Shown here: positions 10,072-19,550 of the stretch, one piece after another
How the letters are laid out: each line of letters begins with the position of its first letter
Numbering within the stretch: the stretch's first letter is position 1
Origin: a virus
Lineage: Duplodnaviria; Caudoviricetes
Virus record (IMG/VR): IMGVR_UViG_3300036820_000468
Span: 1-52,508 of that record
Length of the DNA stretch: 52,508 bases
Reading direction: 5' to 3' (one strand)
Notes under the pieces: generated by a model
What the model was told of the DNA's origin: nothing
What the model saw: only the letters and a program-made list of their open reading frames with translations
Database searches by the model: none
Made by a program: the position numbers and the translations under genes

Positions 10072-10395
10072 CTAGATGCCGGTGATCGGTGCGGTGGGCC
10101 CTGCGGGCATTGGAGCGGCCGCCTGAGGCATCGGTGCTGCGCCGCCGGGCGGCTGCCCCATACCGCCGGCTTTGCCTTTGGCAAGGCGCTCGAGCAGCAT
10201 CTGCCGCTCTTCGGGCGAGAGCCCGTTGAGAAAGTTTCGTAACGGATGATCGTCGGGCGCAACGATGCCCTGCCATGCTGGGTCCTTCGCGACGTCGTAG
10301 GGCGGTGCGCCGATATGCGGTTGCAGCTCGGGTACCGATGGCGGGGCTCCGATGCCACCGCCGCCCCCCATGGCGGTGAGTGCTTTTGCGTACAT
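10072..10395 (-). CDS. Pro/Gly-rich hypothetical protein
   Basis: TAATG coupling to upstream gene. Confidence 0.7.
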   Translation of the reverse strand: MYAKALTAMGGGGGIGAPPSVPELQPHIGAPPYDVAKDPAWQGIVAPDDHPLRNFLNGLSPEERQMLLERLAKGKAGGMGQPPGGAAPMPQAAAPMPAGPTAPITGI

Positions 10396-10748
10396 TACGG
10401 TCCTGTTACCACCTGGAACGCCTTTGCGACGTAGACGGGTTCGTTGCTATTGGCTGCCGACACCGTATAGGCTTGCGCGATCGCTGCCGATTTCGGCAAA
10501 TATGTGGTCACCGATTTCGCCTGAACGATCCACACGGCCGGCCCCGGAACGCCGGGGACCAAGTCGTACCGGGTGGGCGCCGTCGCTTGTCCATCGACGC
10601 GCGCAACGTAGTACGGTGCCGATGCCGCACCCGCCGATGCCGTGATGGCAGCAGCTTGGGCAAGCAGGTAGGTCGCGTAGACCGTAAAGCTCGAGGCCGC
10701 GCCGACGATGTACTGACGATCGGCCGGAACGAGTGCGACAGTTGCCAT
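10395..10748 (-). CDS. Hypothetical protein with internal duplication
   Basis: GAGGAG RBS; two similar halves (A..A...SA....PYYVARV / A..A...SA....PVYVAKA). Confidence 0.75.
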   Translation of the reverse strand: MATVALVPADRQYIVGAASSFTVYATYLLAQAAAITASAGAASAPYYVARVDGQATAPTRYDLVPGVPGPAVWIVQAKSVTTYLPKSAAIAQAYTVSAANSNEPVYVAKAFQVVTGP

Positions 10749-10755
10749 TAGCTCC

Positions 10756-11277
10756 TCACCGTGGTAGCGCCCGTTTTTGCGTATCGAGCGGCGTTAGATT
10801 TGCTTCTTTGGCCCGTTCTTTGAGCCGACGTGCCGAGGTTACTTCATTGTGCGCGACGGGCCGAAGTTTCCGGCGGGTCTGCCCATACGCGTCCTTACCG
10901 ATGATAGCGCCTTCGACCGGGGGCAAAGCGACATTGAATTCCGCGGTCTTATCGGCGACGCGGCGTGGGTCGGTCGAATCCTCGCCCGTCGCATCGACGC
11001 TCATCTGGACGGCTTTAGCAGCGTAGGGATTAGCGGCGTGCGCGCAATCGAAGCACTTCGGGTTGGGCGCGTCTTCGTAGTCGCGAGTGATTGCGCCGCA
11101 CGGCCCACACACGCGTTCGATAAACCCGGCAGCAGTGGAAACATCGGCGACGACCATCGTCGACACAGGGGCGCCCGGCCGTACGCGACTACGAGCGGTC
11201 TGACGGGCTTTATATTCCGCGCTGCGCGCAACGTAGTTCGTCTTCGAGTAGGCGCTGCTATTGACGTGGGTGGACAT
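10756..11277 (-). CDS. Zinc-ribbon (CxxC...CxxC) protein
   Basis: CGPC...CFDC; AAGGAG upstream. Confidence 0.7.
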   Translation of the reverse strand: MSTHVNSSAYSKTNYVARSAEYKARQTARSRVRPGAPVSTMVVADVSTAAGFIERVCGPCGAITRDYEDAPNPKCFDCAHAANPYAAKAVQMSVDATGEDSTDPRRVADKTAEFNVALPPVEGAIIGKDAYGQTRRKLRPVAHNEVTSARRLKERAKEANLTPLDTQKRALPR

Positions 11278-11316
11278 CGTTTCGTCTATGCTCCTTGCGC
11301 CCTGCGGGCGAAAATC

Positions 11317-11336
11317 TCCAGAATCCTGGAGAACAG
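11317..11336. promoter_or_regulatory. Palindromic box, copy 2
   Basis: TCTCCAG-AATC-CTGGAGA directly after the TerL stop. Confidence 0.75.
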
Positions 11337-11337
11337 G

Positions 11338-14300
11338 CTACCAGCTTGCATTTGCTTCCTCGTCATCGTCATCGATTCCGTACTCGCCCAGATCGTCAAC
11401 CGCAACAGCGTCGAGTTCATCGAACGAACCGAGGTTGGGATCGTATCCGTAATCGTCGTCGGGGTCGATCTGCCGGGCTTCGAGATCGGAGCTGCCTGGA
11501 ATGATCCCCATCTCCAAGCGCATCACCGCGTGCATAATCTGGAAGCTCGAAACGAAATCGTCGTGACGACCGGCGGCACCGCCGTAGCTGCGTTCGTCGC
11601 CGAAGGGGTCGTGCTGCCGATAGCTGCTCATCTCGGTGACGACCTCTTCGGAGGGGACGGCGATCATATTGTTCTCGATCGTCCGGCACATCCACGCGAC
11701 CGCGGTCGGCTTGGTCTTCGCGTTACTTTCCCAGCCGATGTGTTTAGAGAACGGCATATCCGCGACGCCGGGCATCCGGTAGTGGTAGATCTGATAGAGC
11801 CGCTTCTGATCGATGTACGTGCATGTTGCCGTTCCTGGGCCCGTCCACTCCGGTACGAGTTTGGGCGAGACGACCTTATCCCCAACGCGCTGCTGACAGA
11901 GCCATCCAATCGCTGCGCAGACTTCACCAAAAGCAATCGGGTTGATGCGCCCACGCCAGGTCATGATTAGTTCGTCGCGCTCGAGTTCGTTGAGCACGCC
12001 GACGCAGATGGTCGAAAAGTCGCCGTCCTTGGTCAACGGGTTCCCTGCACCGACATCGGCGCCGATGATAATGCGATCGCCTCTGCGCGGCCACCGCCAG
12101 ACGCGCAGGTTGTCAAGGGTCTTGTCGTAGACATCGTGAGAGCCAAAGCCCTGCGTCTCGGCTTCACCGGGCGAAAGCGGACGCGGCCGGCGGATCGTAT
12201 CGTAGATCGAAGCGTACTTATTGGCCTGATCATTTTCGCCCCAATAAATATCGCCTTCCCACTCCGGCTCGCGGACGTTCTCCATCAGCGTCTTGATCGC
12301 ACCCATCGAAAAAACATTGGTACCCGAGAGCAAGAACGCCGTCGCGAGATCCGAGTTATGAACGAGGATGCCACCAGCGTCGAAAACATTGGTTTGAGCG
12401 ATATGTAGGTCATAGACTCTTCGAGTCCCAATCGGATCGACAGAAATAACCTGGTCGACATACCCGGCAATACGCTCTGGCCGTCCACGGTTAGATGCAG
12501 GTTTCTCCCTGGCTCGCTTTCTCGCAGAAACGAATCCTATCTCGTAGCAAAATATTTTTGCGTCGTACGATAACAAGGCAAGCTCAAAGCCTGCGTATTG
12601 CGTCCCCTTTTTTATCACACGCCGTCGGGAGCTACGAATATGGAGTGATAGCAGCAAGTGCTGAACGTCCCGGGAAAACCTCTCTTTATTGGTAAACAGT
12701 TTAACGCTGTTCTTTGTAGCGGAAACCCAACCGTCTGCCTCAAATAATGCGCGCAGGAATTCGCGGACGACTGAACCAGGGCTCCTACGAATACACTCGG
12801 GAACGCAAACCTTTCTGCGAGCCAAATGATCTCGCATCTCTCCACAACCTAAACGCAACAAAAACTCTTTTACGGCCCTACTGCTCGAGCGAAGCCTACG
12901 GCAGCCTTTATTCGGGCCAGTTAACGATTCCTCAAAACTTATTCTAAAAAGTTTTTCCCCCAAACGCTTAATGTCGCTCGACACTTCTTCATCCCGAGCA
13001 TCACAAGCGAAGTCCAAAGCATTTCCGTATAGGCTTCCGTCACCCATGAAGTACCCAAGGAAACGCGCAAGCTCCGTCGTTATCTCAACCGAGGATTCTA
13101 CTGTAGGTAATACATTCCATCGGGCAACAAACGGTTTCTTCGCCAGCATCGGGGCCTGTAGAAGAACTTGTTCCCCCAAAGCATCCCCCGCAAATACGAA
13201 CTCGCCGTCTGCTTTTTTGATGGGGTGCGTCAGGGTACACTCGATGGTATAGCCCGTAGCAGTAGAAACACGGACGCACTCCTGGTCGCCGTTATCGGCC
13301 CAGCCTAAAACTTTCCCACTTGAAGTTTCCGCTCCGCGTTCTATCTCCGATATTGGACGAATCCCTGAATCTGTACCAACCAACGTGTCACCTACCAGAC
13401 ACGGGTATTCTTGGTCGAAGAGGTTCGGATCACGGTTGAACGGCGGAACCGCCAATCTCGCACGGCGCCATTTGAGCTGCTCGAGCGTCACGTGGGGGAA
13501 GCGCTTCATAATATCGCGCTCTTCGGATTTGATCGTTCGTTCGAATCGCGCACGCTGCGACATATCTTCAAACGGAATCTGAAACGACTTAATCATTTCG
13601 TGCCACGGTATAAAGACCAGCCGCGTCTCTCCGTACTGCGTGCGCTTACGTTCCTTAGCATCCATGCACTGCTCGTAGAAGAACTCACCGCGACCGGTCT
13701 GACCATTGGGCGTCGATTCCATATACTGCGAGGATTGCTTATCATCCGATAGCGTCGGGCTCAGAGCGCGAAAAAGATCGTCGCCATTATCGTAATAGCC
13801 GACTTCGGTAGCGTGCAGGTTCTGAAAACCGTGGCCGAGGTACGCATCGATAGACTTGGCCGATGCGCTAAAGATGCGAGAGTTCAGTGGCGGGGCGAAC
13901 TCGAGTCGGTCAGTCGGCGGGTTATTGTTATATTTCGCGAGCAACTCAGGACGAACATCGAAGACCTGCGCCTCGCCCCCAACGTTAAACGTGACGCTCT
14001 TGGGTAGATAGTTCCAGAACGTCGTACACATTCCAAGCACGTTCTCCGACGGCTTGGCTTGATTGCCGACGATTAAAGAGTCGGTGTTCGGAGTCGTCGT
14101 CGTATCGTCGAAGATCAGCGACTCGGCACCGGTCGATAGCCCCGCTCGCCGCGATTTGCAGATGATAATGCGCACCGGCATCCGGTGGTCGCGAAACCAC
14201 TTATGCGTATCGTACAAACGGATCTGCGCTTCGTTGTAGCGCAGGCGTATGATCTTTCGAGTCTGCGCTAACTTAATCCAGTACAGGTTCTCGATCCGAA

Positions 14301-14367
14301 AGCGCGGGTCAGTTTGAAACTGTTGCAGCCGTTCCCGAATGACCTGATCGGAGACGGCTAACTTCGA
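11338..14367 (-). CDS. terL: Terminase large subunit with intein (start uncertain; frame open to 14367, first canonical start TTG 14217)
   Basis: Walker A KSRRAGLST, Walker B LHATEV, MESTPNG coupling motif, QEYP, RNase H-like IGADVG...DFS, HDD. Confidence 0.92.
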   Translation of the reverse strand, partial: SKLAVSDQVIRERLQQFQTDPRFRIENLYWIKLAQTRKIIRLRYNEAQIRLYDTHKWFRDHRMPVRIIICKSRRAGLSTGAESLIFDDTTTTPNTDSLIVGNQAKPSENVLGMCTTFWNYLPKSVTFNVGGEAQVFDVRPELLAKYNNNPPTDRLEFAPPLNSRIFSASAKSIDAYLGHGFQNLHATEVGYYDNGDDLFRALSPTLSDDKQSSQYMESTPNGQTGRGEFFYEQCMDAKERKRTQYGETRLVFIPWHEMIKSFQIPFEDMSQRARFERTIKSEERDIMKRFPHVTLEQLKWRRARLAVPPFNRDPNLFDQEYPCLVGDTLVGTDSGIRPISEIERGAETSSGKVLGWADNGDQECVRVSTATGYTIECTLTHPIKKADGEFVFAGDALGEQVLLQAPMLAKKPFVARWNVLPTVESSVEITTELARFLGYFMGDGSLYGNALDFACDARDEEVSSDIKRLGEKLFRISFEESLTGPNKGCRRLRSSSRAVKEFLLRLGCGEMRDHLARRKVCVPECIRRSPGSVVREFLRALFEADGWVSATKNSVKLFTNKERFSRDVQHLLLSLHIRSSRRRVIKKGTQYAGFELALLSYDAKIFCYEIGFVSARKRAREKPASNRGRPERIAGYVDQVISVDPIGTRRVYDLHIAQTNVFDAGGILVHNSDLATAFLLSGTNVFSMGAIKTLMENVREPEWEGDIYWGENDQANKYASIYDTIRRPRPLSPGEAETQGFGSHDVYDKTLDNLRVWRWPRRGDRIIIGADVGAGNPLTKDGDFSTICVGVLNELERDELIMTWRGRINPIAFGEVCAAIGWLCQQRVGDKVVSPKLVPEWTGPGTATCTYIDQKRLYQIYHYRMPGVADMPFSKHIGWESNAKTKPTAVAWMCRTIENNMIAVPSEEVVTEMSSYRQHDPFGDERSYGGAAGRHDDFVSSFQIMHAVMRLEMGIIPGSSDLEARQIDPDDDYGYDPNLGSFDELDAVAVDDLGEYGIDDDDEEANASW
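12355..13401 (-). mobile_element. 349-aa intein with LAGLIDADG homing endonuclease in TerL
   Basis: EYP|CLVGDT start, CTLTHP block B, LGYFMGDGS and LRALFEADG motifs, VYDL...VHN|S end; lower GC than exteins. Confidence 0.95.
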
Positions 14368-14559
14368 CTAGAGATACCCACGTTTCACGGCCTCTTCCCG
14401 GTACTTATCGAGCGCACCGTACGACCACGCGGGGTTCATAATCGCTGGCGGATTGAGCGAGATGCCTTGCAGGAACTGCGCGAACGTCATGCCGTCGGGA
14501 AGAATGATACACGGCCCGCCCCCTTTTAGTTGCGCTTCTAAGAACTCATACATGAACAT
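14368..14559 (-). CDS. Hypothetical protein, in frame with TerL across a TAG
   Basis: TAATG coupling to upstream gene. Confidence 0.7.
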   Translation of the reverse strand: MFMYEFLEAQLKGGGPCIILPDGMTFAQFLQGISLNPPAIMNPAWSYGALDKYREEAVKRGYL

Positions 14560-14768
14560 TACTTCCCGTCGTCGACGGCTTCGTACTCGAAATCGTTACC
14601 GCAGGCTTCGGCCAAGTGCGACAGCGCTTCAATTCGCTCGGGGTTCCACGACTCGCCGCCGTCGAGTATCTCTTCGGCTTTCTCCATCGTCTTCTTGAAG
14701 ACGCGCCGTGCAATCTCGTTGCACTCCTTACCGCTAACCGTGGGCTTGGGATCGGTTATGTTGATCAC
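14559..14768 (-). CDS. Hypothetical protein
   Basis: AAAGGTG RBS, coupled to downstream gene. Confidence 0.7.
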   Translation of the reverse strand: MINITDPKPTVSGKECNEIARRVFKKTMEKAEEILDGGESWNPERIEALSHLAEACGNDFEYEAVDDGK

Positions 14769-15144
14769 TTATGCACCTTTCTGTAAGGGGTGGGACGAAC
14801 TCGTTTGGGCTGACCAATCCCAAAGATATGGCAATGGCCACCAGATGTGCGGAGTTAAGCGCATCGAAAGTAGTACGCAGGGTATAGGCATAAGTATTCA
14901 CCGATTCCGGGCTCAAGCCCACGTGCTCGGCAATCTCGAGCGTAGTATATCCAAGCGCGATCTCGCGCAGAACCGCTAACATCTTCTTCGGCAAACGCAG
15001 TTGCGACGCAGTCGCACTCGTATGATACCCGTCGCACTCGCCGCAGCGACGAACGCGTACGCCTAGCCGGTAGTTGCGCAAATAAGCCTTGCGCGCCAGC
15101 CGAGCGGTTTCGATGTTGACGTATCGCGCCATCGTACAGTTCAC
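14734..15144 (-). CDS. LuxR/GerE-type HTH transcriptional regulator with N-terminal CxxC...H zinc motif
   Basis: VLREIALGYTTLEIAEHVGLSPESVNTY...L...NSAHLVAIA matches the LuxR C-terminal pattern; CGECDGYH. Confidence 0.85.
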   Translation of the reverse strand: MNCTMARYVNIETARLARKAYLRNYRLGVRVRRCGECDGYHTSATASQLRLPKKMLAVLREIALGYTTLEIAEHVGLSPESVNTYAYTLRTTFDALNSAHLVAIAISLGLVSPNEFVPPLTERCISDQHNRSQAHG

Positions 15145-15839
15145 GGCACCAGCGCGCCGCGGGGAGCATCCTCATCGATGACCGCCGTCGCGGCACCGGG
15201 AGTATGCGCTAGGAAATCTTGAGCATCGATCGTTTCATTGGGGTCGGGGGTCGTGCGCTGTTCGACCGTCGTATCCACATCGGTCCGTACACCCAGAGCG
15301 ATCAGAATGTTCGTAATGGGCGGAGTGTTCTTCGCCTCTCCTGGGGCGGGTACGCCCCAACCGCGGATGCGAGCTACCGTCGCCCCAGCGCGGGTCGACT
15401 CGGCATCCTCGCCGTGAATCGCCGTTTGGCCCAAGCGTTTAAGAATAGCCTCACGTTGAGAGTCCATCGCCGCAAAATCGCGATTCATAATCTCCGCGAC
15501 GCCGGGTGTGTTGAAAACGAGTTCGGCTGCAGCGAGGTAGCTCGGGTCGGTCTTGCCCCCATCAAATGAAAAACCGAGTCGCAAAAGCGCTCGGAACGGA
15601 TTGAGCTTTTCGTTTATCAGCGCATCGGCGGCCATCTTGTCGCGCCATTCCTGCGGCGCGAATGTCCCCCACTCTTGCAACGTCGTCGGGACATCGATGT
15701 GCAGCGCCGCGCGTAACCGCTGATTTTCGGCGGTAAGCTGGCGGTTTCGCTCACTACCGCCCCGTATGCGCTTGGGGTCGAGCACCGTCGGCTCAAGTGC
15801 CGGTAACTTTGACGGACCAAAATCAAAAACGTCGCCCAT
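15141..15839 (-). CDS. Hypothetical protein, candidate terminase small subunit
   Basis: Helical 232 aa a few genes upstream of TerL; the TerS call rests on position only. Confidence 0.45.
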   Translation of the reverse strand: MGDVFDFGPSKLPALEPTVLDPKRIRGGSERNRQLTAENQRLRAALHIDVPTTLQEWGTFAPQEWRDKMAADALINEKLNPFRALLRLGFSFDGGKTDPSYLAAAELVFNTPGVAEIMNRDFAAMDSQREAILKRLGQTAIHGEDAESTRAGATVARIRGWGVPAPGEAKNTPPITNILIALGVRTDVDTTVEQRTTPDPNETIDAQDFLAHTPGAATAVIDEDAPRGALVP

Positions 15840-15841
15840 GC

Positions 15842-16327
15842 TTAGAGGACGCTTTCACCGGGCGGGGCGTACAAATGATCCTTCGGAATCAGCGGCACGT
15901 CGTTCTCGTTGGGCCTGCGGGCCTCATTATCCTCGGTCGTGTACTCCCGGTAGTCGTCGCTCGACTCGAACTCACCGCCGTTGGCACTGCCGTTTTGGGC
16001 AGCGGTTCGGCGGCGATCGAGCCGGTCGGTAAAGGCGTTCTGCTGGCGTTTGGCCAGGATCACGGCTGCCAGTTCGTCGTCGGTGGCTACTTGGTGCTCC
16101 CCCGGCAAATCGAGTTCGTTGCGTCGCTCCTCGATCTCGGATAGCGCCCGATTACTGACGCGGTTGATTTCTTGCTGCTCGAAGGCCGAGAGGTGATGAG
16201 CGTGCGCACGGGCGACTTCGGCGATGGCGCGGGACCAGACCCAAGCGCCGATACCGAGCAGTATGAAAACCACACAAACGGTAACGGCGAGTACGACGAA
16301 AGCCAGTGCGTCGGAGCCGATGTTCAC
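15842..16327 (-). CDS. Membrane-anchored hypothetical protein
   Basis: N-terminal hydrophobic helix; GTGA overlap. Confidence 0.7.
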   Translation of the reverse strand: MNIGSDALAFVVLAVTVCVVFILLGIGAWVWSRAIAEVARAHAHHLSAFEQQEINRVSNRALSEIEERRNELDLPGEHQVATDDELAAVILAKRQQNAFTDRLDRRRTAAQNGSANGGEFESSDDYREYTTEDNEARRPNENDVPLIPKDHLYAPPGESVL

Positions 16328-16527
16328 CGGTGCGCCGGCCGGATGTCACGCAGCGGGATCCACGCTTCATCGATTTCGTTTGCAATCTTGATGCCAAAGC
16401 GCACGCGAACTTCATGCGACTGGCTCTCGACGATTTTCCCGCAGTAGCCGTGCAGACGCGAATCGGCGTGCGAACTCTTTACACACACGTCGTCCTTGCG
16501 CAGATGGTGCCGCTCGGAATCGCTCAT
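16324..16527 (-). CDS. Small SH3/KOW-like hypothetical protein
   Basis: MSDSERH...GKIV...VRVRF...W pattern; ATGA coupling. Confidence 0.55.
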   Translation of the reverse strand: MSDSERHHLRKDDVCVKSSHADSRLHGYCGKIVESQSHEVRVRFGIKIANEIDEAWIPLRDIRPAHR

Positions 16528-16697
16528 ACCATTTTGGACTCGACCACGGCGCCGGTTTCGGCCTGCGCCAACGCGGCGTTGTACTCGTCGACGCGTAGGT
16601 TTCCACCAACCGAAGCGCCGCGCAGCGTATGGCGCATCCATTGCTCGGTCACTGCGGCGCGGGCTTCGAGCACCGCGAGCCGCAGCGTGCTAGTCAT
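16524..16697 (-). CDS. Hypothetical protein
   Basis: MTSTLRLAV..., overlaps both neighbours. Confidence 0.55.
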   Translation of the reverse strand: MTSTLRLAVLEARAAVTEQWMRHTLRGASVGGNLRVDEYNAALAQAETGAVVESKMV

Positions 16698-17013
16698 GCG
16701 GATATTCGACCGGCGCCGCATCTTCATCGGGTTCAGCGCTGGGCTCGAGGTCGGCGAGCATCGCTTTGCCCTTGACAAAGAACTCGGTGAGAAACGCACT
16801 TGCCGTGTCGCCCAACCGCGGATTGTTGGCCAGGTCCCGCGCCGGCACGTTGACCAGCACGGCGATCGCGGCGTTTGCAGTATTGACCGCGACGCCCGAA
16901 GCGCTTTGCACCGTCGCCTGCAGGGACCGCTCGAACTCAGTGAGCGCGCGGAGTTGCTCGGCGGTGGGCATATCGGACTGCAGCCGTCGTAAAGCTCGAG
17001 ACTCTTTACTCAT
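16690..17013 (-). CDS. Hypothetical protein
   Basis: GGAAAGG RBS, ATGA coupling. Confidence 0.65.
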   Translation of the reverse strand: MSKESRALRRLQSDMPTAEQLRALTEFERSLQATVQSASGVAVNTANAAIAVLVNVPARDLANNPRLGDTASAFLTEFFVKGKAMLADLEPSAEPDEDAAPVEYPHD

Positions 17014-17234
17014 GTTTGTGCCTTTCCATCAGTGGCCGTTGTAAGAATGCGGGTCAGTCCGCGCGCATCGAGTTCGTCGCGAACGATCTGTTGGATCAGG
17101 TTTCCAAGCGCGGCGATCGCCATATCGGAGAACAGGTGCAGCATCACGTACGGAAACCGGGTCTGGCTGCCGTCGGGGTTCTCGACGATGTAAAAGAGCG
17201 GCTGTGGGACTCCGACGATCGGAACTTCGCTCAT
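17010..17234 (-). CDS. Hypothetical protein
   Basis: MSEVPIVG..., coupled. Confidence 0.6.
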   Translation of the reverse strand: MSEVPIVGVPQPLFYIVENPDGSQTRFPYVMLHLFSDMAIAALGNLIQQIVRDELDARGLTRILTTATDGKAQT

Positions 17235-17335
17235 CGAACCCGACGCCCGGCCCGGTACTGCTTCCACGCGTCGAAGCCCCAAATGAGCGTACAGAGCACG
17301 ACATAGGCTCCGAGCGCGTCCCAGCGATAATCCAT
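17231..17335 (-). CDS. 34-aa membrane peptide, probable first gene of a leftward operon
   Basis: MDYRWDALGAYVVLCTLIWGFDAWKQYRAGRRVR; ATG 7 nt after a TAGACT -10. Confidence 0.55.
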   Translation of the reverse strand: MDYRWDALGAYVVLCTLIWGFDAWKQYRAGRRVR

Positions 17336-17342
17336 AGCCGTC

Positions 17343-17371
17343 AGTCTAGCGGCACTACGGGTTTTCTACAA
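17343..17371 (-). promoter_or_regulatory. Sigma70-type promoter, leaderless
   Basis: TTGTAG-17-TAGACT-7-ATG. Confidence 0.55.
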
Positions 17372-17428
17372 GTCGGGCGAGCGGCCGATAGTACGTTTGG
17401 CCCTGGCCGAACGGGTAGAATCAGGAGT

Positions 17429-17533
17429 ATGCTGCCGAACACAATGCGAGAGCTTTATCTCTCGGCGGCCTCGTTTCTGATCGGCACGTGCGCGGGGTTT
17501 GCCATCCACACGCTGCTGTACCACCTGCACTAA
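17429..17533 (+). CDS. Small hydrophobic peptide
   Basis: TAGAAT then AGGAG before ATG; MLPNTMRELYLSAASFLIGTCAGFAIHTLLYHLH. Confidence 0.45.
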   Translation: MLPNTMRELYLSAASFLIGTCAGFAIHTLLYHLH

Positions 17534-17703
17534 GACTCATCGAGCAGCGCGTCGTGCTGCCGGTTACGCATCCGGCGCAGTTCTCGGGCGACCAATCGGT
17601 CACCCACGGCTTCGTGCGGATCGGGTACGACCCGGCGCGCGTTGCTGCCGTCGGAGCGATCCTGCACGCGGCTGGCCATAATGTTTGACAGCGGCGAGGG
17701 CAT

Positions 17704-17967
17704 TTACGCGGGGAGGGGCACGTCGAACCAAAACGGCTCGATCGTTCTGTCGCCCCGGTCGAAAGCGGCAATCCAATCGATCGCCTTTTTCGGCAACGGT
17801 AGGCCGCGTCCGTCGATCTGCACGTGTTCGATACAGACGTAGGCCACGATCCCCCGGCGCCCAAAGGCCACACCCACGGGGCAGTAGCGCTCCCGGTAGT
17901 TGCTGGGAGCGCCAGCAACATTGTAGCGGCCTGCCGCTATATCGGACTTCGTAACCGTGATTCTCAT
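17704..17967 (-). CDS. Hypothetical phage protein
   Basis: AGAAAGG RBS; MRITVTKSDI...CPV...LP..A..WI..FD. Confidence 0.7.
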   Translation of the reverse strand: MRITVTKSDIAAGRYNVAGAPSNYRERYCPVGVAFGRRGIVAYVCIEHVQIDGRGLPLPKKAIDWIAAFDRGDRTIEPFWFDVPLPA

Positions 17968-18008
17968 CGTTGCTGCCTTTCTAGCGGTGACTGGAGAGCC
18001 GCTGCGCA

Positions 18009-18024
18009 CGTTTCACGTGGAACA
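18009..18024. promoter_or_regulatory. parS: parS-like site
   Basis: CGTTTCACGTGGAACA, 15/16 match to canonical TGTTTCACGTGGAACA; between confidently called genes. Confidence 0.75.
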
Positions 18025-18121
18025 GCGATTGGGCGGGTACGACCGGCCGCTGACGCCGCCCTCGCCTGCATGTCCAGACCTGAGCTGGTCCCGGTCGTCG
18101 TTTCCGTAGCATCGGCGATTT

Positions 18122-18391
18122 TTAGATTTTTTTCAAGGGGGCTACTGACGGCTCCGGTTCTCCGGGGGGCGTCGTCACGGGCCCGAGTTCGTACTTGGCG
18201 ATCGTCTTGCCCATCTCGTTCATAACGAAAATCCGGCCGGTCTCAAAATAGCCGGGAACGTCGTTTTCGCTGACCGCGGTCATGGTCGTTTTGCTCGGGC
18301 CAGTGGTGCTGTGTGCGGTGCTCACCTCGACCGATTTAGCGAGGAAGACCTGCCCGGACCCGTCGTCTTGTATCTGGCGGATTGCTAACAT
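18122..18391 (-). CDS. Hypothetical protein
   Basis: AGGAG RBS before MLAIRQ; the longer ORF start is unlikely. Confidence 0.7.
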   Translation of the reverse strand: MLAIRQIQDDGSGQVFLAKSVEVSTAHSTTGPSKTTMTAVSENDVPGYFETGRIFVMNEMGKTIAKYELGPVTTPPGEPEPSVAPLKKI

Positions 18392-18576
18392 CTGCGTGCT
18401 CCTGTCTACTGCTTTTGAAAATCGGCTCTCGCCGTTGGCTGTAGCATAACAGAAAATTTTTTTAGGGCCCAGGCTAGCGTGGGGGTGAGTCGCGGCGGAT
18501 CGCGGGCCGCAGGGGGGGAACGGGTTGCGCCGGCGGCGATCGCGCTCGGGCGTGCCAGAAAAGTGGCACTCGATGT

Positions 18577-18616
18577 CGATATGATACATCGTACCTATGA
18601 TAGTTTTATCATATCG
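18577..18616. repeat. 10-bp inverted repeat in divergent control region
   Basis: CGATATGATA-20nt-TATCATATCG. Confidence 0.6.
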
Positions 18617-18726
18617 CGCGCCGGCGTCTCTTATGGTAGCCGGGCTGTGCGCGGGGTGACTCACCCTCGGTAGGCTCGCTAGCACCGAAAAGCACAACGA
18701 TAGCCCGCGATAACCGGCGATAGCGC

Positions 18727-18756
18727 TTGAATGTATGCAACCTGGCATGGTATGAT
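18727..18756 (+). promoter_or_regulatory. Early sigma70-type promoter
   Basis: TTGAAT-18-(TGG)TATGAT. Confidence 0.6.
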
Positions 18757-18828
18757 TCGAAGGCCGTAGGCAGGGTCTACGGTGCGACGGCCGGCGCCTG
18801 CCGGTCCTTATGGAAGGATGCAACCACA

Positions 18829-19043
<215 letters not shown>

Positions 19044-19047
<4 letters not shown>

Positions 19048-19550
19048 CCCGCGATGAAGGGATCAGTATAAACTGCGGCTGTTCGACGGCCGGAGCCTGC
19101 GTCGAACACAAGGCGCGCAATACGCTCGTTTCCGAAGTTGCCGACGTTATGAGCGAAGCCGACGAAGTTGCGCTGGCGAAGGCTATCGAACGCCTCGGCG
19201 CGGTCGAAGTTGCTGTTGGATATTATGCGTACCGCTTCGAGAAATCCCCAGGCTGGTACGTTGCGCCGTCGTCGGCGCTCGAAATACTCACCCGCGCCCT
19301 TGCCGGACAAGCGCAGAAAACCCGTAAGGCAAAGGCGCTTGGTATTTGGGCGGCCGGCAACTACACCGTCGCAATGCCCCTTTGGTGGTCGCCGGAGCAG
19401 CGGTTTGCGTGGCGCAGCGTTGATGCCGAGGGCAACGCGAGCGAAGCTTCCACAGATAAAACCTACGCGCAGCATATAACGCACCTTGGTGGCGGGCGCG
19501 TAGAGCGCATCACGGCCGACCTCGCCACAGGGGAGGAGGTGCCATGTTAG
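19044..19550 (+). CDS. Hypothetical protein
   Basis: ATGA coupling. Confidence 0.7.

Noticed and set aside
2192-11970. Long plus-strand ORFs (e.g. 2192..3229, 4657..5505, 8230..9303, 10849..11970)
   Set aside because: Antisense shadows of GC-rich genes with no motifs or RBS
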